Assembly (NCBI GenBank): GCA_965601925.1
Contig: OZ271854.1
Span: 2,336,001-2,400,000 of the forward strand
From: Alkalispirochaeta sp.
GTDB lineage: Bacteria; Spirochaetota; Spirochaetia; DSM-27196; Alkalispirochaetaceae
Length of the DNA stretch: 64,000 nucleotides
Direction: 5' to 3'
Positions 29,007 to 38,889 of the stretch are shown here, in pieces; the first letter of the stretch is position 1, and each line of letters opens with the position of its first letter. A program made the position numbers and the translations under genes. The notes under the pieces were generated by a model, which saw only the letters and a program-made list of their open reading frames with translations, had not been told where the DNA came from and ran no database searches.

Positions 29007-30104
29007 TCAGATCGCGAACGCGTCCGGTTCAAGTCGACGCGCCGTCTCCTCGACGTTGCCGACAAATTGAGACAGCCAGGTCATGCCCAGGACAAATGCA
29101 ATGACCTCGAGCCCGACGAAATTGATGCGACCAAGGAGCGTCAGAACCGATGCCGCCACCAAAATCGCGGTAAAGATCCATGATTCGACGAAGAACTCGT
29201 ACGAGAACCCGGGCACCAACCACCGGACGCCGACCATCAACAAGCCCAGCACCCCTGCGGCGGAGTACGTCCCGACAGCGTGCATAAAGCGGGTAAACGG
29301 AGTGAGGTTGGCCCGAAAGGCACCGACAAGTGCAAGTGCCACGGCCAACACGACGAAACCGACGCGTAACGGCCGAACGCTACGCGTGTTGGCGACGCCG
29401 TGACGCACGACGATCTCGTAGTCGCTCATCGCGTACCCCAGCCAAACGAGAAACATGATCCCCACAAAAATGAGCGTCGAGTTAAAGATTACGCTGACGT
29501 TGGACTCCATTTCACCCATGTAGCTAAACGAGACTTGCCACCACAGCGGGTCGTCGATGTTGGTCATAGTGAGATATAGGCCACCGCCCATGATTACCAG
29601 AATGAGCTTCAACAGGCGCGTACTGTCGACGTATATCGTCTGGCTCACGATCCAGCCGGCACATACGCCGGTTCCCATCCCCGCCAGTAGAGCGCTTTGC
29701 AGCGTGTTGAGCGCCAGAAACTGAAACGCCGCTTCAATGATCGTCAGCAGCAGCACCGCGATCGCGGCAGCGAAGAGCATGTATGCGATCGCGATCGGCA
29801 CAACCGTTATCGCCCAGCGTCTTTGGCGTTCCGGACCAACTCGCTCGTTCCACGCTTTCACACCCACGATGAAGCCGAATCCGGCGGCGAACAATGAGAT
29901 GGGAAACATACCGAGAAACGCGAGAACTCCGAACGACCGCACATCTTCCAGGAGCGGAATTGGGTTACGGCCGATGTTGAACACGATGACCGAGACGCCC
30001 ACGAGGACCCCGACCGTCAATGCGACGCGTGTCGATACTCGCTCCGCGTAACCTTTGAGTGAAGACTTCGATTCAACCTTACCCGAGGCTTCGATTTTGC
30101 TCAT
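29007..30104 (-). CDS. Multi-pass membrane protein (DUF998-like)
   Basis: About 10 TM helices; DPLWWQVSFSYMG...FNSTLI. Confidence 0.6.
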   Translation of the reverse strand: MSKIEASGKVESKSSLKGYAERVSTRVALTVGVLVGVSVIVFNIGRNPIPLLEDVRSFGVLAFLGMFPISLFAAGFGFIVGVKAWNERVGPERQRRWAITVVPIAIAYMLFAAAIAVLLLTIIEAAFQFLALNTLQSALLAGMGTGVCAGWIVSQTIYVDSTRLLKLILVIMGGGLYLTMTNIDDPLWWQVSFSYMGEMESNVSVIFNSTLIFVGIMFLVWLGYAMSDYEIVVRHGVANTRSVRPLRVGFVVLAVALALVGAFRANLTPFTRFMHAVGTYSAAGVLGLLMVGVRWLVPGFSYEFFVESWIFTAILVAASVLTLLGRINFVGLEVIAFVLGMTWLSQFVGNVEETARRLEPDAFAI

Positions 30105-30224
30105 TGCGACGCTCCCAGTTCTGCGTAATTTTGATCCATATGGTACCCTTTGAAACCGTTCGTCAAGAGCGCGGCAACGACACGGGCGCAGGGAGTAGAG
30201 GCGGTGCTTGCGGAGGGGGTAACG

Positions 30225-30665
30225 ATGACTGTGAGAAAACTTTGGCCGGCGGTGCTGCTCGCATTAGCGGTCAACGGGTTTGCCGAAACGACGTGCGATC
30301 CGGCAACTGAAGAAGCCGCCGGCGACGCCGACGGCTGTCCGGTTCTATCCAGTTCCGACTGGAACGCATGGATCGATCACACGCCCGGTACCGGCGAACC
30401 CACGCTCAATGTCACCGGTGTTGTGGAGCTCCCTACACCCGGTTTCACGTTTGTGTGGCGAGAGGGTCCGTTGGATCGCCGCAGTCCGCCCACGCAGCGT
30501 TTGGTGCTCGTGCCCGAGTCGCCGACCGGGCTCGTCGCCCAAGTTTTGACGACCGAGACCGTCCAGTACCGGGCACATGCGCTCGCGACGGACTATCGTT
30601 CGATCCACATCGTGTGTGGTTCGCACACGCTGGCGATCATCGACGAGGTTGCAGCGGTTTACTAA
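30225..30665 (+). CDS. Hypothetical secreted protein
   Basis: GGAGG RBS, signal peptide, WNAWIDHTPG...LNVTGVVELPTPG. Confidence 0.6.
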   Translation: MTVRKLWPAVLLALAVNGFAETTCDPATEEAAGDADGCPVLSSSDWNAWIDHTPGTGEPTLNVTGVVELPTPGFTFVWREGPLDRRSPPTQRLVLVPESPTGLVAQVLTTETVQYRAHALATDYRSIHIVCGSHTLAIIDEVAAVY

Positions 30666-30776
30666 CGGGCCGATTGCTCAAACGCGCCGATTCGGCGGTC
30701 GAGTCTGTTTCGGCGCGCCATTTGCGATGACGGGAATCGCGCCGTGTGCGTCGATTGGATACGTTTCTCGATCGCA

Positions 30777-32027
30777 TCACCACACGATCCCGAGGTTGAC
30801 GCCGGCCATAACGGTATTTCCGTCGGGCTCGAAGAAGAGCATCACGGGGATATCGAGCTTTGCCGGACCGATGTTGAATCCGATTCCCGATGTGAGGCGC
30901 GGTCGAAGTAATCGTGGACTCGCCGTATTGGTGATGTTGAACGCTACTGAACCGGGGACGATAACCACCGCATCATCAAACGCCGGATCGGGGTCCGCAT
31001 CCAACCCAACATCGGTACCGAACTCGAGTCGGGACCGCCCAAACACTAAATCGACGCCGGCACCCAGGTTGATATCGAGTAACCAGAAGATACGGAGCCC
31101 GGTGGTGACCTCAAAGGGAATCGAATAGGTGCGCGATTCGACGACCGCCGTGATCGTCGGCGAAACGACCAAGTCCAAGAACGAATCGTCGGCGCTACGA
31201 CCGAGCGCGGCAAGCGCGGCCGGACTGAATCCCAAATCGCCGTAGGTGATCGGCTGGGAAAAGTCCTCATCTTGGATCGTGACGGTGAGGTCGGTTCGAC
31301 TACGCTGAAACAGCAGACCCGTAGCCAGCGTCAGGCCGCGCCACCGAAGGACGCCGAGCGGTGCTTGGCGCGATGCGAGTAGTTGGTAGTTGAGATTCAT
31401 ACCGACGCTGAGTGAGCTATAGGCGATACCGGTCGAAACGGTCCCTTGTGCGATATCGGCAAGACCGACTTTGGCGTCGACGCGTGTCTTTGGGATCCAC
31501 CGGCTGAGATTGAAGCCGATCGAAGCGACAATCGGTTGAATCGACGCTCCCACGTAAATGTCGCCTTCGGTCTCGAGATCGGCAACTGCGGTTTGGAATG
31601 CCAGAGGATCGAGCCCGGGGACCGAAACGCCGACTCCGGCGCCCACGACCACGGCGAGTATCCGGTAGTCGCTAAACGCGCGTTGTGTCCCCAGATGCGC
31701 CGCCGCCGCACCGGCGTGCGCCGCGGCGGTTGCGAGTTCCGGCAGCGACGCAAAGCGTTGTATGTCCTCGTCGCTATTAAGTTGCGTTTCAAGTTCGGCA
31801 ATGGTCGACATCGTGTTGTCCACATCGAGTAGGCTATCGAGGACCGGCTGAAGTGGGATCAAGGACCCCAGGAGCCGGACTTCGGGCGCGTCGATCGTAA
31901 TCTCGAACGGTTGGGCCGACACACCTCCGTTCATCGACAGCGCGAGGGCCAGCGCGGTACACGCCACGATACATCGTCTGTGCCTGCGCGGCGGTATACC
32001 TGTGGGCGCAAGTGTGGTTAAAAACAT
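30777..32027 (-). CDS. Hypothetical exported protein, probable outer-membrane beta-barrel
   Basis: Signal-like N-terminus, many amphipathic beta-strands, C-terminal VNLGIVW. Confidence 0.6.
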   Translation of the reverse strand: MFLTTLAPTGIPPRRHRRCIVACTALALALSMNGGVSAQPFEITIDAPEVRLLGSLIPLQPVLDSLLDVDNTMSTIAELETQLNSDEDIQRFASLPELATAAAHAGAAAAHLGTQRAFSDYRILAVVVGAGVGVSVPGLDPLAFQTAVADLETEGDIYVGASIQPIVASIGFNLSRWIPKTRVDAKVGLADIAQGTVSTGIAYSSLSVGMNLNYQLLASRQAPLGVLRWRGLTLATGLLFQRSRTDLTVTIQDEDFSQPITYGDLGFSPAALAALGRSADDSFLDLVVSPTITAVVESRTYSIPFEVTTGLRIFWLLDINLGAGVDLVFGRSRLEFGTDVGLDADPDPAFDDAVVIVPGSVAFNITNTASPRLLRPRLTSGIGFNIGPAKLDIPVMLFFEPDGNTVMAGVNLGIVW

Positions 32028-32495
32028 ACCCTACGGTCTCGGGAGCGAACGAAGCTTAGGCGTGAATCTGTGGGAAAAAACGCGGCAAAGATTGGGTCCA
32101 TTGCCGCCCTCTAAACGGATTCGCTCTGATTCGGCATTCTATCATATCGAATCGATGTTGATAGTGAAGGCATACCTTGCAAAGCAGCAACGCGATGTAA
32201 CGATATACTCGGCGTCGTTCAGCACCGATACGGTCGTCGACGCATTTACTCACGGAGAAGCCATACGAAGATTGCGAAAGCCGTCGAGTACACGGCGTCT
32301 ACGCTCCCCGTTCCTCGTCCGGGAGCGTTTGTGACGTTCCTTTCGGTAGGCGAACACTCGTAGAAGAGACAGATCTCTCGGTTGCGAGGAGGAGGGCGGG
32401 CAGTTCTCTCCTCGATCCGACGGTCCGTCGCGGTGCGGCTCCGAGCCGTGCCGTCGACTCCGGGCCGTATGCACGATCATGCGGCAACGGCTTTC

Positions 32496-32524
32496 TTGAC
32501 AACATTCGCGGTCGGGCGGACAAT
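32496..32524 (+). promoter_or_regulatory. Putative sigma70 promoter for Xdh cluster 2
   Basis: TTGACA-17 bp-GACAAT. Confidence 0.55.
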
Positions 32525-32629
32525 GAACACCGTCAAAATCTCATGAACAATATCCGGCGTCGCCGCGTAACTCGCAGCGTCTACTCACCGTGGACGTCTC
32601 GCCGCGGCGTCAGCCGATAGAGGTGGTGC

Positions 32630-33481
32630 GTGATGCTACACGAGTTTTCGTATCATCGTCCCGATTCGCTCGACGACGCGTTGACCCTTCTTTCGACATA
32701 TGGAGCGGACGCGGCGACGTTTTCCGGCGGGACCGATCTATTTGTAAATGTTCGCGCGGGGTTGATGAAACCGCAACACGTCGTCGATCTCAAGGGAGTA
32801 ACGGCTCTCCACGAGCTGTCGTGGAGTGCGTCGGACGGACTCTCGATCGGGGCGTGCGTAACGGTCAACGAGTTGGTGGATCACCCCGTGGTGCGCGACC
32901 GGTTTGCGATATTGAGTATCGCCGGCAGCGAGCTTGCGACCTTTCAACTGCGAAATCGAGCGACGGTTGTCGGTAACATCGTCACCGCGAGTCCGTGCGG
33001 CGACATGGCCGGTCCGCTTTTGGTGCTCGGAGGAGAGGTCGTCCTTGCGAGCTCCGCCGGCGAGCGCTCGGTGCCGCTGGGCGAGTTCATCACCGGTGTG
33101 AAAAAGACGATTATCCGTCCCGACGAGATCGTGGTGCGTATCGTAGTGCCCAATCGCTGGGCCGGAGCCGCCGGTGGATACGAGAAGCTCAAACGTATCA
33201 AAGGCCACGATCTCGGCGTGGTAAGTGTAACGCTTATCAAGCACGAAGAGGGTGTACGGGTCGCGATAGGCTCTGCGGCACCCACGCCGGTGCTCCTCGC
33301 CGACATGAGCGCCGACGTCGATTGGGAGACGGTACAGGCCAAGGCGAAGGGCCTTATCGACCCGATCGACGATGTTCGCGCGACGGCCGAGTATCGCGCG
33401 TTCATGGTGAATGTGTTTATCAAACGGCTTATGACTTCGATCCCGGCCGGCGGATCGGAGCTCAAGGAGGCTCTGGCGTGA
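32630..33481 (+). CDS. Xanthine dehydrogenase family FAD-binding subunit (cluster 2)
   Basis: SGGTDL, RNRATVVGNI..ASPCGD, PIDDVRATAEYR. Confidence 0.92.
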   Translation: MMLHEFSYHRPDSLDDALTLLSTYGADAATFSGGTDLFVNVRAGLMKPQHVVDLKGVTALHELSWSASDGLSIGACVTVNELVDHPVVRDRFAILSIAGSELATFQLRNRATVVGNIVTASPCGDMAGPLLVLGGEVVLASSAGERSVPLGEFITGVKKTIIRPDEIVVRIVVPNRWAGAAGGYEKLKRIKGHDLGVVSVTLIKHEEGVRVAIGSAAPTPVLLADMSADVDWETVQAKAKGLIDPIDDVRATAEYRAFMVNVFIKRLMTSIPAGGSELKEALA

Positions 33482-33999
33482 CGCGAATTCGATGCACAGT
33501 GAACGGTCAGGAGTACGAACGGGTCGTGTCGGATCACAAGACCTTACTCCTTTTTTTGCGCGGTGATCTGGGGCTAACCGGTACCAAGGGCGGGTGCGGA
33601 GCCGGCGAATGCGGCGCCTGCACCGTTATCGTGAACGGCAAGGCGGTCAACTCGTGTCTCATTCTTGCCGCGGAAATCGACGGTGCGGTAATCGAGACGA
33701 TCGAGGGCGAGGCGCGCGGTGGCGAACTCACCATCGTACAGGAGGCTTTCGACCGCCATCATGCCGTCCAGTGCGGATTTTGTACCTCCGGCATGATTAT
33801 GACCGTCAAGGATCTCCTTCGCCGCACGCCGCACCCGACGCGGGAAGAGGTCATCGAGGGAATCGAGGGCAACTTTTGTCGCTGTACCGGTTACGAACAG
33901 ATCATCGAGGCGGTTCTGGACGCCGCCGGTAAGGGTGCCGCCGACCGCGTCAAAACAGGCGATACGGTGGATTCCGCGAAGGAGAACGGCCATGCTTGA
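33478..33999 (+). CDS. Xanthine dehydrogenase family 2x[2Fe-2S] subunit (cluster 2)
   Basis: GTKGGCGAGECGACTV, QCGFCT, NFCRCTGY; GTG start overlapping the upstream stop. Confidence 0.93.
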   Translation: MTRIRCTVNGQEYERVVSDHKTLLLFLRGDLGLTGTKGGCGAGECGACTVIVNGKAVNSCLILAAEIDGAVIETIEGEARGGELTIVQEAFDRHHAVQCGFCTSGMIMTVKDLLRRTPHPTREEVIEGIEGNFCRCTGYEQIIEAVLDAAGKGAADRVKTGDTVDSAKENGHA

Positions 34000-36433
34000 A
34001 ACGACAGCCGCCAAAGAATTAACGCGTGTCGGTCGTCACACCCGGCGGATCGACGCGATTGAGAAGGTTACCGGACAGGCGACCTACGTAAGCGATATGA
34101 CGCTTCCCGGCATGCTCTACGCGCGAGTCAAGACGAGCCCGCACGCCAGGGCGCGCATCGTATCGATCGATACCGCCGCCGCCGCCGCGCTGCCGGGTGT
34201 CCGAGCGATCGTGACCGGTAAGGATCTCGACTATAAGCTCGGGCTGTACGTCGTGGACAAGGACATTCTGGCGCGTCACGAGGTGCGACATTTCGGCGAG
34301 GCCGTCGCGGCGGTGGCCGCCGACACGCTGGAAATCGCACAACGCGCCGTCGACGCGATCGTAGTGGAGTATGAGGAGCTGACGCCCGTCCTGCACCCGA
34401 AGGAGGCCGTCGAGGAAGGGGCGCCGCTCGTTCATCCCGATCTGGGGAGTTACTCCTACATGGAGGCGGCATTTACTCCCAAACCGGGCACCAACATCGC
34501 CAACCATACCAAGCTGCGCAAGGGCGATGTCGAGAAGGGATTTGACGAGAGCGAGTGGATCGTCGAACGTGAGTACACCAACCCCTCGGTACAGCACGTA
34601 CCCATGGAGACGCACGTGGCGATCGTCCGATGGGGGCAAGACGATCGGGTGGAAATCTGGTCGAGCGCCCAGTCACCCTTTACGCTGCGCAACCTCTTTT
34701 GCGTGGCATTCTCGTTGCCCCATCGCAACGTTCGGGTACAGGTGCCCTACGTCGGAGGAGGATTCGGCGGCAAGGCGGGTATCGGGATTGAGCCGCTGGT
34801 TGCGGTGTTGAGCAGAACCGCGGGCGGGCGACCGGTGAAACTTACCGCGACGCGCGAGGAAGAGTTTAGCCTGTTACCGTGTCGGAGTCAGCTCACCTAT
34901 CGCATCAAGACCGGCGTCTCCCGCGAGGGCAAGATCGTCGCGCAGCAGATGACCATGTGGTGGGATTCCGGGGCGTATGCGGACTACGCCGTCAACGTCA
35001 CGCGCGCTTCCGGGTATAGCGCCGGAGGGCCGTACGAGATTCCCAACGCACAGGTCGACGCCTACACCGTCTACACCAACAAGCCCTTCGGTACCGCCTA
35101 TCGCGGATTCGGACACGTCGAGTTCTTTTGGGGATTGGAGCGCCACATGGATCTGGTCGCGCAGGCGATCGGCATGGACGCGTTCGAGTTTCGGCTCAAG
35201 AACACGCTGCAGCCCGGGGCGAAGACGCTCACCGGCGAGACGATTACCGAGCACACCGGAGATATCGACGCGTGTCTCAAAAAGGCCGCCGATATGGTCG
35301 GATACGGCGCGATTACTCCCGAAGAAGAGCGCGCCGCGGCCCGCGGGGGCAAAAAAATCGGTAAAGCGGTGGTAGGACTCCACAAGGCGCCGGCGATGCC
35401 GCCGTTTACCGCAACGACTGTGATACTCAAGATGAACGAGGACGGAACCGTCACCGCCAACTTGAGTCTTGTCGACTATGGGCAGGGAACCTATACGGCG
35501 GTCGCGCAGATCATCGCCGAGCGACTCCGCATGAGCGTCGACAAGGTAAAAGTCGCATTCGAGTGCGATACCGATCGCGATCCCTACGATTGGCAGACCG
35601 TCGCCTCCAAGGGGTTGTTGTTGAGCGGTAACGCGGCGATTTTGGCCGCCGACGATCTGGTCGACAAGGGGTACGGCGACGCGGCGCAGATACTGCGGGC
35701 CAATCGGCGCGATCTCGACCACGACGGCGGCGGTATCTTCGTGCGCCATCACCCGGAGCATCGCGTGGAGTGGCGTCAACTTGCCGTCGGCTACGCCTAT
35801 CCCAACGGGAACGCAGTCGGCGGACCGTTGGTGGGTGTCGGACGCTACATCGCCCAGGGGCTGACGCACCTCAATAAGGAGACCGGCGAGGGACTCCCGG
35901 CGATCGATTGGACCTACGGCGCCCACGGTATGATCGTGGCGGTCGACGCCGAGACGGGCGAGTACGACGTGCTGAAGGTTGCCTCGGTCTTTGACGCCGG
36001 GCGTGTGATCAACCCGGACGCCTTTCGCGGCCAGGCGATCGGCGGCATGATCCAGGGACTCGGCACCGCAACCGTCGAGGGGTACATCTACGACAAGAAG
36101 GGGCATCTCCTCAATCCGAGCTTCACGGATAACAAGATTCCGACGTCCAAGGATATTCCGATCGAGATAGAGACCTTCGGTGTCGAGACGCCGCAGGTAG
36201 ACGGTCCGTTCGGCGCGCGCGGTATCGCCGAGCACAGCATGATCTCGGTGGCCGCCGCGTTGGGAAATGCGATCCAGCGCGCCACCGGTGCGGAGATTAC
36301 CCATATGCCGTTGCGCTTCGAGGATGTATGGCGAGCGCTCAACCGCAAGGAGCCGATCGACAACTGGATTACGAAGAGCCCTTTCGGGAGTTGCCGTTCG
36401 GCGCCGGAGTTGCAAAAGCACGACTGCGACTGA
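33992..36433 (+). CDS. Xanthine dehydrogenase family molybdopterin-binding subunit (cluster 2)
   Basis: SAQSPF, GGGFGGK, AYRGFG, DYGQG, GARGIAEH; AAGGAG RBS. Confidence 0.92.
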   Translation: MLETTAAKELTRVGRHTRRIDAIEKVTGQATYVSDMTLPGMLYARVKTSPHARARIVSIDTAAAAALPGVRAIVTGKDLDYKLGLYVVDKDILARHEVRHFGEAVAAVAADTLEIAQRAVDAIVVEYEELTPVLHPKEAVEEGAPLVHPDLGSYSYMEAAFTPKPGTNIANHTKLRKGDVEKGFDESEWIVEREYTNPSVQHVPMETHVAIVRWGQDDRVEIWSSAQSPFTLRNLFCVAFSLPHRNVRVQVPYVGGGFGGKAGIGIEPLVAVLSRTAGGRPVKLTATREEEFSLLPCRSQLTYRIKTGVSREGKIVAQQMTMWWDSGAYADYAVNVTRASGYSAGGPYEIPNAQVDAYTVYTNKPFGTAYRGFGHVEFFWGLERHMDLVAQAIGMDAFEFRLKNTLQPGAKTLTGETITEHTGDIDACLKKAADMVGYGAITPEEERAAARGGKKIGKAVVGLHKAPAMPPFTATTVILKMNEDGTVTANLSLVDYGQGTYTAVAQIIAERLRMSVDKVKVAFECDTDRDPYDWQTVASKGLLLSGNAAILAADDLVDKGYGDAAQILRANRRDLDHDGGGIFVRHHPEHRVEWRQLAVGYAYPNGNAVGGPLVGVGRYIAQGLTHLNKETGEGLPAIDWTYGAHGMIVAVDAETGEYDVLKVASVFDAGRVINPDAFRGQAIGGMIQGLGTATVEGYIYDKKGHLLNPSFTDNKIPTSKDIPIEIETFGVETPQVDGPFGARGIAEHSMISVAAALGNAIQRATGAEITHMPLRFEDVWRALNRKEPIDNWITKSPFGSCRSAPELQKHDCD

Positions 36434-36466
36434 CTCGCTACGGCGTGTGCCGCCCTCGGAGGTAGC

Positions 36467-37717
36467 ATGACGATCACCAATGCGCGACTGCGCCGCCGTG
36501 ACGGTTTGTGGACGATTCGCCTCGATGGCGATCGTATCGAGGCGGTCGTGCCGTATGGAGACGGACAACCCCGACGGAGCCTCGTCGCAACCGACGGCGA
36601 GGAGACCTCACCGCCCGAAGATGCGGTAATCGATGCCGGCGGCGCAATTGTGACCGAGGGTTTCGTGAACGGCCATTTGCATCTCTGCAAGGTCTATACG
36701 CTTCCGCTCGTCGGGGATACGGCGCTCGACGAGTACCATGGACGCGATATGGGCGGCGCGGTACGCGCGATCGAGCTCGCGCGGGGCGTCAAGAAACAGT
36801 ATCGCCGCGACCGACTCGTTCCAGGGATTCGCCGAGCCGTGGAACGCGCCGTCGTCTACGGTACGAGCCATGTTCGCGCCTTTGCCGATACGGATACCGC
36901 GGCCGAGCTGGAGGGTGTGCGTGCGGTGATGCAGGTTCGCGATGAGTTCCGCGACCGTATCGACATGCACGTAGTCGCCTTTCCGCAAGATGGACTTGTG
37001 CGCGATCCCGGAGCCGATCGTCTGGTGCGTCGAGCCATGGAAGAGGGCGCCGACGTGGTGGGCGGCATTCCGTGGATCGAGTATACCGATCGTGCCGCGC
37101 AACGACACATCGACACGATGTTGGATTTGGCCGTTGAACTGAGTGCTCCCGTGTCGATGCTCGTCGACGACGCCGGCGACGCGAGCTTACGGACGTTGGA
37201 GATGCTCGCCGTCGCCGCGCTGGAGCGTGGGTTACGGCATCGTGTCGTTGCGCATCACGCTCGCGCCATGGCCATGTACCCGGAACCGACACGGCGACGT
37301 CTATTCGGGATTCTAAAGGAGGCAGGTATCGGCGTGGTGAGCGACCCTCATACCGGACCACTGCACGCCGATATCGAGGGCCTGCGTGCCGCCGGTATAC
37401 CCGTCGGACTCGGACAGGACGACATGAACGATGCGTACTATCCCTTCGGGAGGAACAATATGCTCGAGGTGGCATTTCTCGCGGCGCATCTCCTTTGGAA
37501 GACGGGTGCCGATCAACTCGATGAGTTGTGCGATATGATCGGCACGGAGGCGGCGCGCGTCGTAGGTCTTGAAGATCACGGGGTTTTCGACGGCGCGCGT
37601 GCCAATCTGGTGGTGCATCGCGCCGGCACGGTAACCGAGCTTCTCGCCGAACACGCTGTGCCACGGGCGGTTATCTACAACGGTCGTGTTGTGGCCGAGG
37701 AGGGATATCTCGTATGA
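36467..37717 (+). CDS. Amidohydrolase, cytosine/creatinine deaminase-like
   Basis: HLHLCK, VAFPQDG, VVGGIP, GQDD, YPFGRNNML. Confidence 0.85.
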   Translation: MTITNARLRRRDGLWTIRLDGDRIEAVVPYGDGQPRRSLVATDGEETSPPEDAVIDAGGAIVTEGFVNGHLHLCKVYTLPLVGDTALDEYHGRDMGGAVRAIELARGVKKQYRRDRLVPGIRRAVERAVVYGTSHVRAFADTDTAAELEGVRAVMQVRDEFRDRIDMHVVAFPQDGLVRDPGADRLVRRAMEEGADVVGGIPWIEYTDRAAQRHIDTMLDLAVELSAPVSMLVDDAGDASLRTLEMLAVAALERGLRHRVVAHHARAMAMYPEPTRRRLFGILKEAGIGVVSDPHTGPLHADIEGLRAAGIPVGLGQDDMNDAYYPFGRNNMLEVAFLAAHLLWKTGADQLDELCDMIGTEAARVVGLEDHGVFDGARANLVVHRAGTVTELLAEHAVPRAVIYNGRVVAEEGYLV

Positions 37718-38121
37718 ACTTTCCGGGTATTAAGCCGGGGATGACCATCACCATTCGTCGATCGATCGTCGAGGCGCATACGTTCGACAATCATCTTCCC
37801 GACGAGGTCGAGAAGCTCCTCTCCACACCCTCCCTCGTCTCGTTTATGATCGAGGCGTCGGTCCGTATGCTTACTCCCTATCTACCGGACGGTTTCGTCT
37901 CCGTCGGCAAGAGCTCGGAGGTTATGCACGATCATCCGACGGTCGTCGGTTCCACCGTACATATCACCGTGCGGGTGACCGAGTTCGACGGATATCACGT
38001 CACGATCCTTATGGAAGCGGCCGATGAGATCGGCGTCTGCGGGCGAGGTAAGCACGTCCGTTCGATCGTGAATGAGCGTTGGTTGCGTCTCAAGGTTGCT
38101 CGGCGCATAGCCGCGCTGTAG
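37714..38121 (+). CDS. Hotdog-fold thioesterase, FlK-like
   Basis: LSTP, SVG...H..PT.VG, G.G.H.R.IV. Confidence 0.8.
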   Translation: MNFPGIKPGMTITIRRSIVEAHTFDNHLPDEVEKLLSTPSLVSFMIEASVRMLTPYLPDGFVSVGKSSEVMHDHPTVVGSTVHITVRVTEFDGYHVTILMEAADEIGVCGRGKHVRSIVNERWLRLKVARRIAAL

Positions 38122-38133
38122 CGTGTCCCGCGC

Positions 38134-38778
38134 GTGAAACACGTCTCTTCCGGCGATCGCGCCGTAGGGGTCGAGTGCGTGATACCGGCCGGAGGCGCGG
38201 CGCGGCGCATGGGAACCCCGAAACAGACCCTTGAGCTTGTCGCCGGCACCAGCCTTATCGTTCGCGCGGTGGAGAATGCTCTGTCGGTGTGCCGGCGATG
38301 CATCGTCGTTACCGGTGCAGCTCACGACGAGGTCGCCGCGCACGTTCGCGCCCTCCCCGAGGTGACGGTCGTGCACAACCGCGACTACGAGCGTGGAATG
38401 CTCTCCTCTATCATAGTTGGTGCCGCCGAGGTCGCGACGTCGACCTTTTTCGTCGCTCCGGCCGATATGCCGTTTCTTGCCTCCGACATCTATGTGACGC
38501 TCGTTGCGGCGCGGGACTCCCTCGGAGGGGCGCAGTATGACGACGGATGGGCGCTCTTTCCGGAGATGGGCGGGCGCACGGGGCACCCCGTATTGATCTC
38601 CTCGGCGGTTATACCCCGGTTGGTACGCGACGGTGTACGCTTCTCATCGATGAAACACTTTCTGTCTCGATACCCGGTTCGCACCGTACCGGTCGCCGAT
38701 GATGGGATATTCGTCGATATCGACACCCCGGAGGCTCTCGCCGTTGCGAGAGTGAGGGTGCGTGGGGAACGCGACTGA
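38134..38778 (+). CDS. Molybdenum cofactor cytidylyltransferase (MocA-like NTP transferase)
   Basis: AGGAARRMGTPKQ, GMLSSI, ADMP, GHPVLI, DIDTPE; in the Xdh operon. Confidence 0.85.
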   Translation: MKHVSSGDRAVGVECVIPAGGAARRMGTPKQTLELVAGTSLIVRAVENALSVCRRCIVVTGAAHDEVAAHVRALPEVTVVHNRDYERGMLSSIIVGAAEVATSTFFVAPADMPFLASDIYVTLVAARDSLGGAQYDDGWALFPEMGGRTGHPVLISSAVIPRLVRDGVRFSSMKHFLSRYPVRTVPVADDGIFVDIDTPEALAVARVRVRGERD

Positions 38779-38889
38779 CGATCCTCGGCCGCGTGTGGAA
38801 GGGAAGCCGACGATCGCGAGCGATCGACGAAACATTGCATGTAGCCGCACGATGCACACGCGCCCGACGGCGGCGCGACGACACGACGG

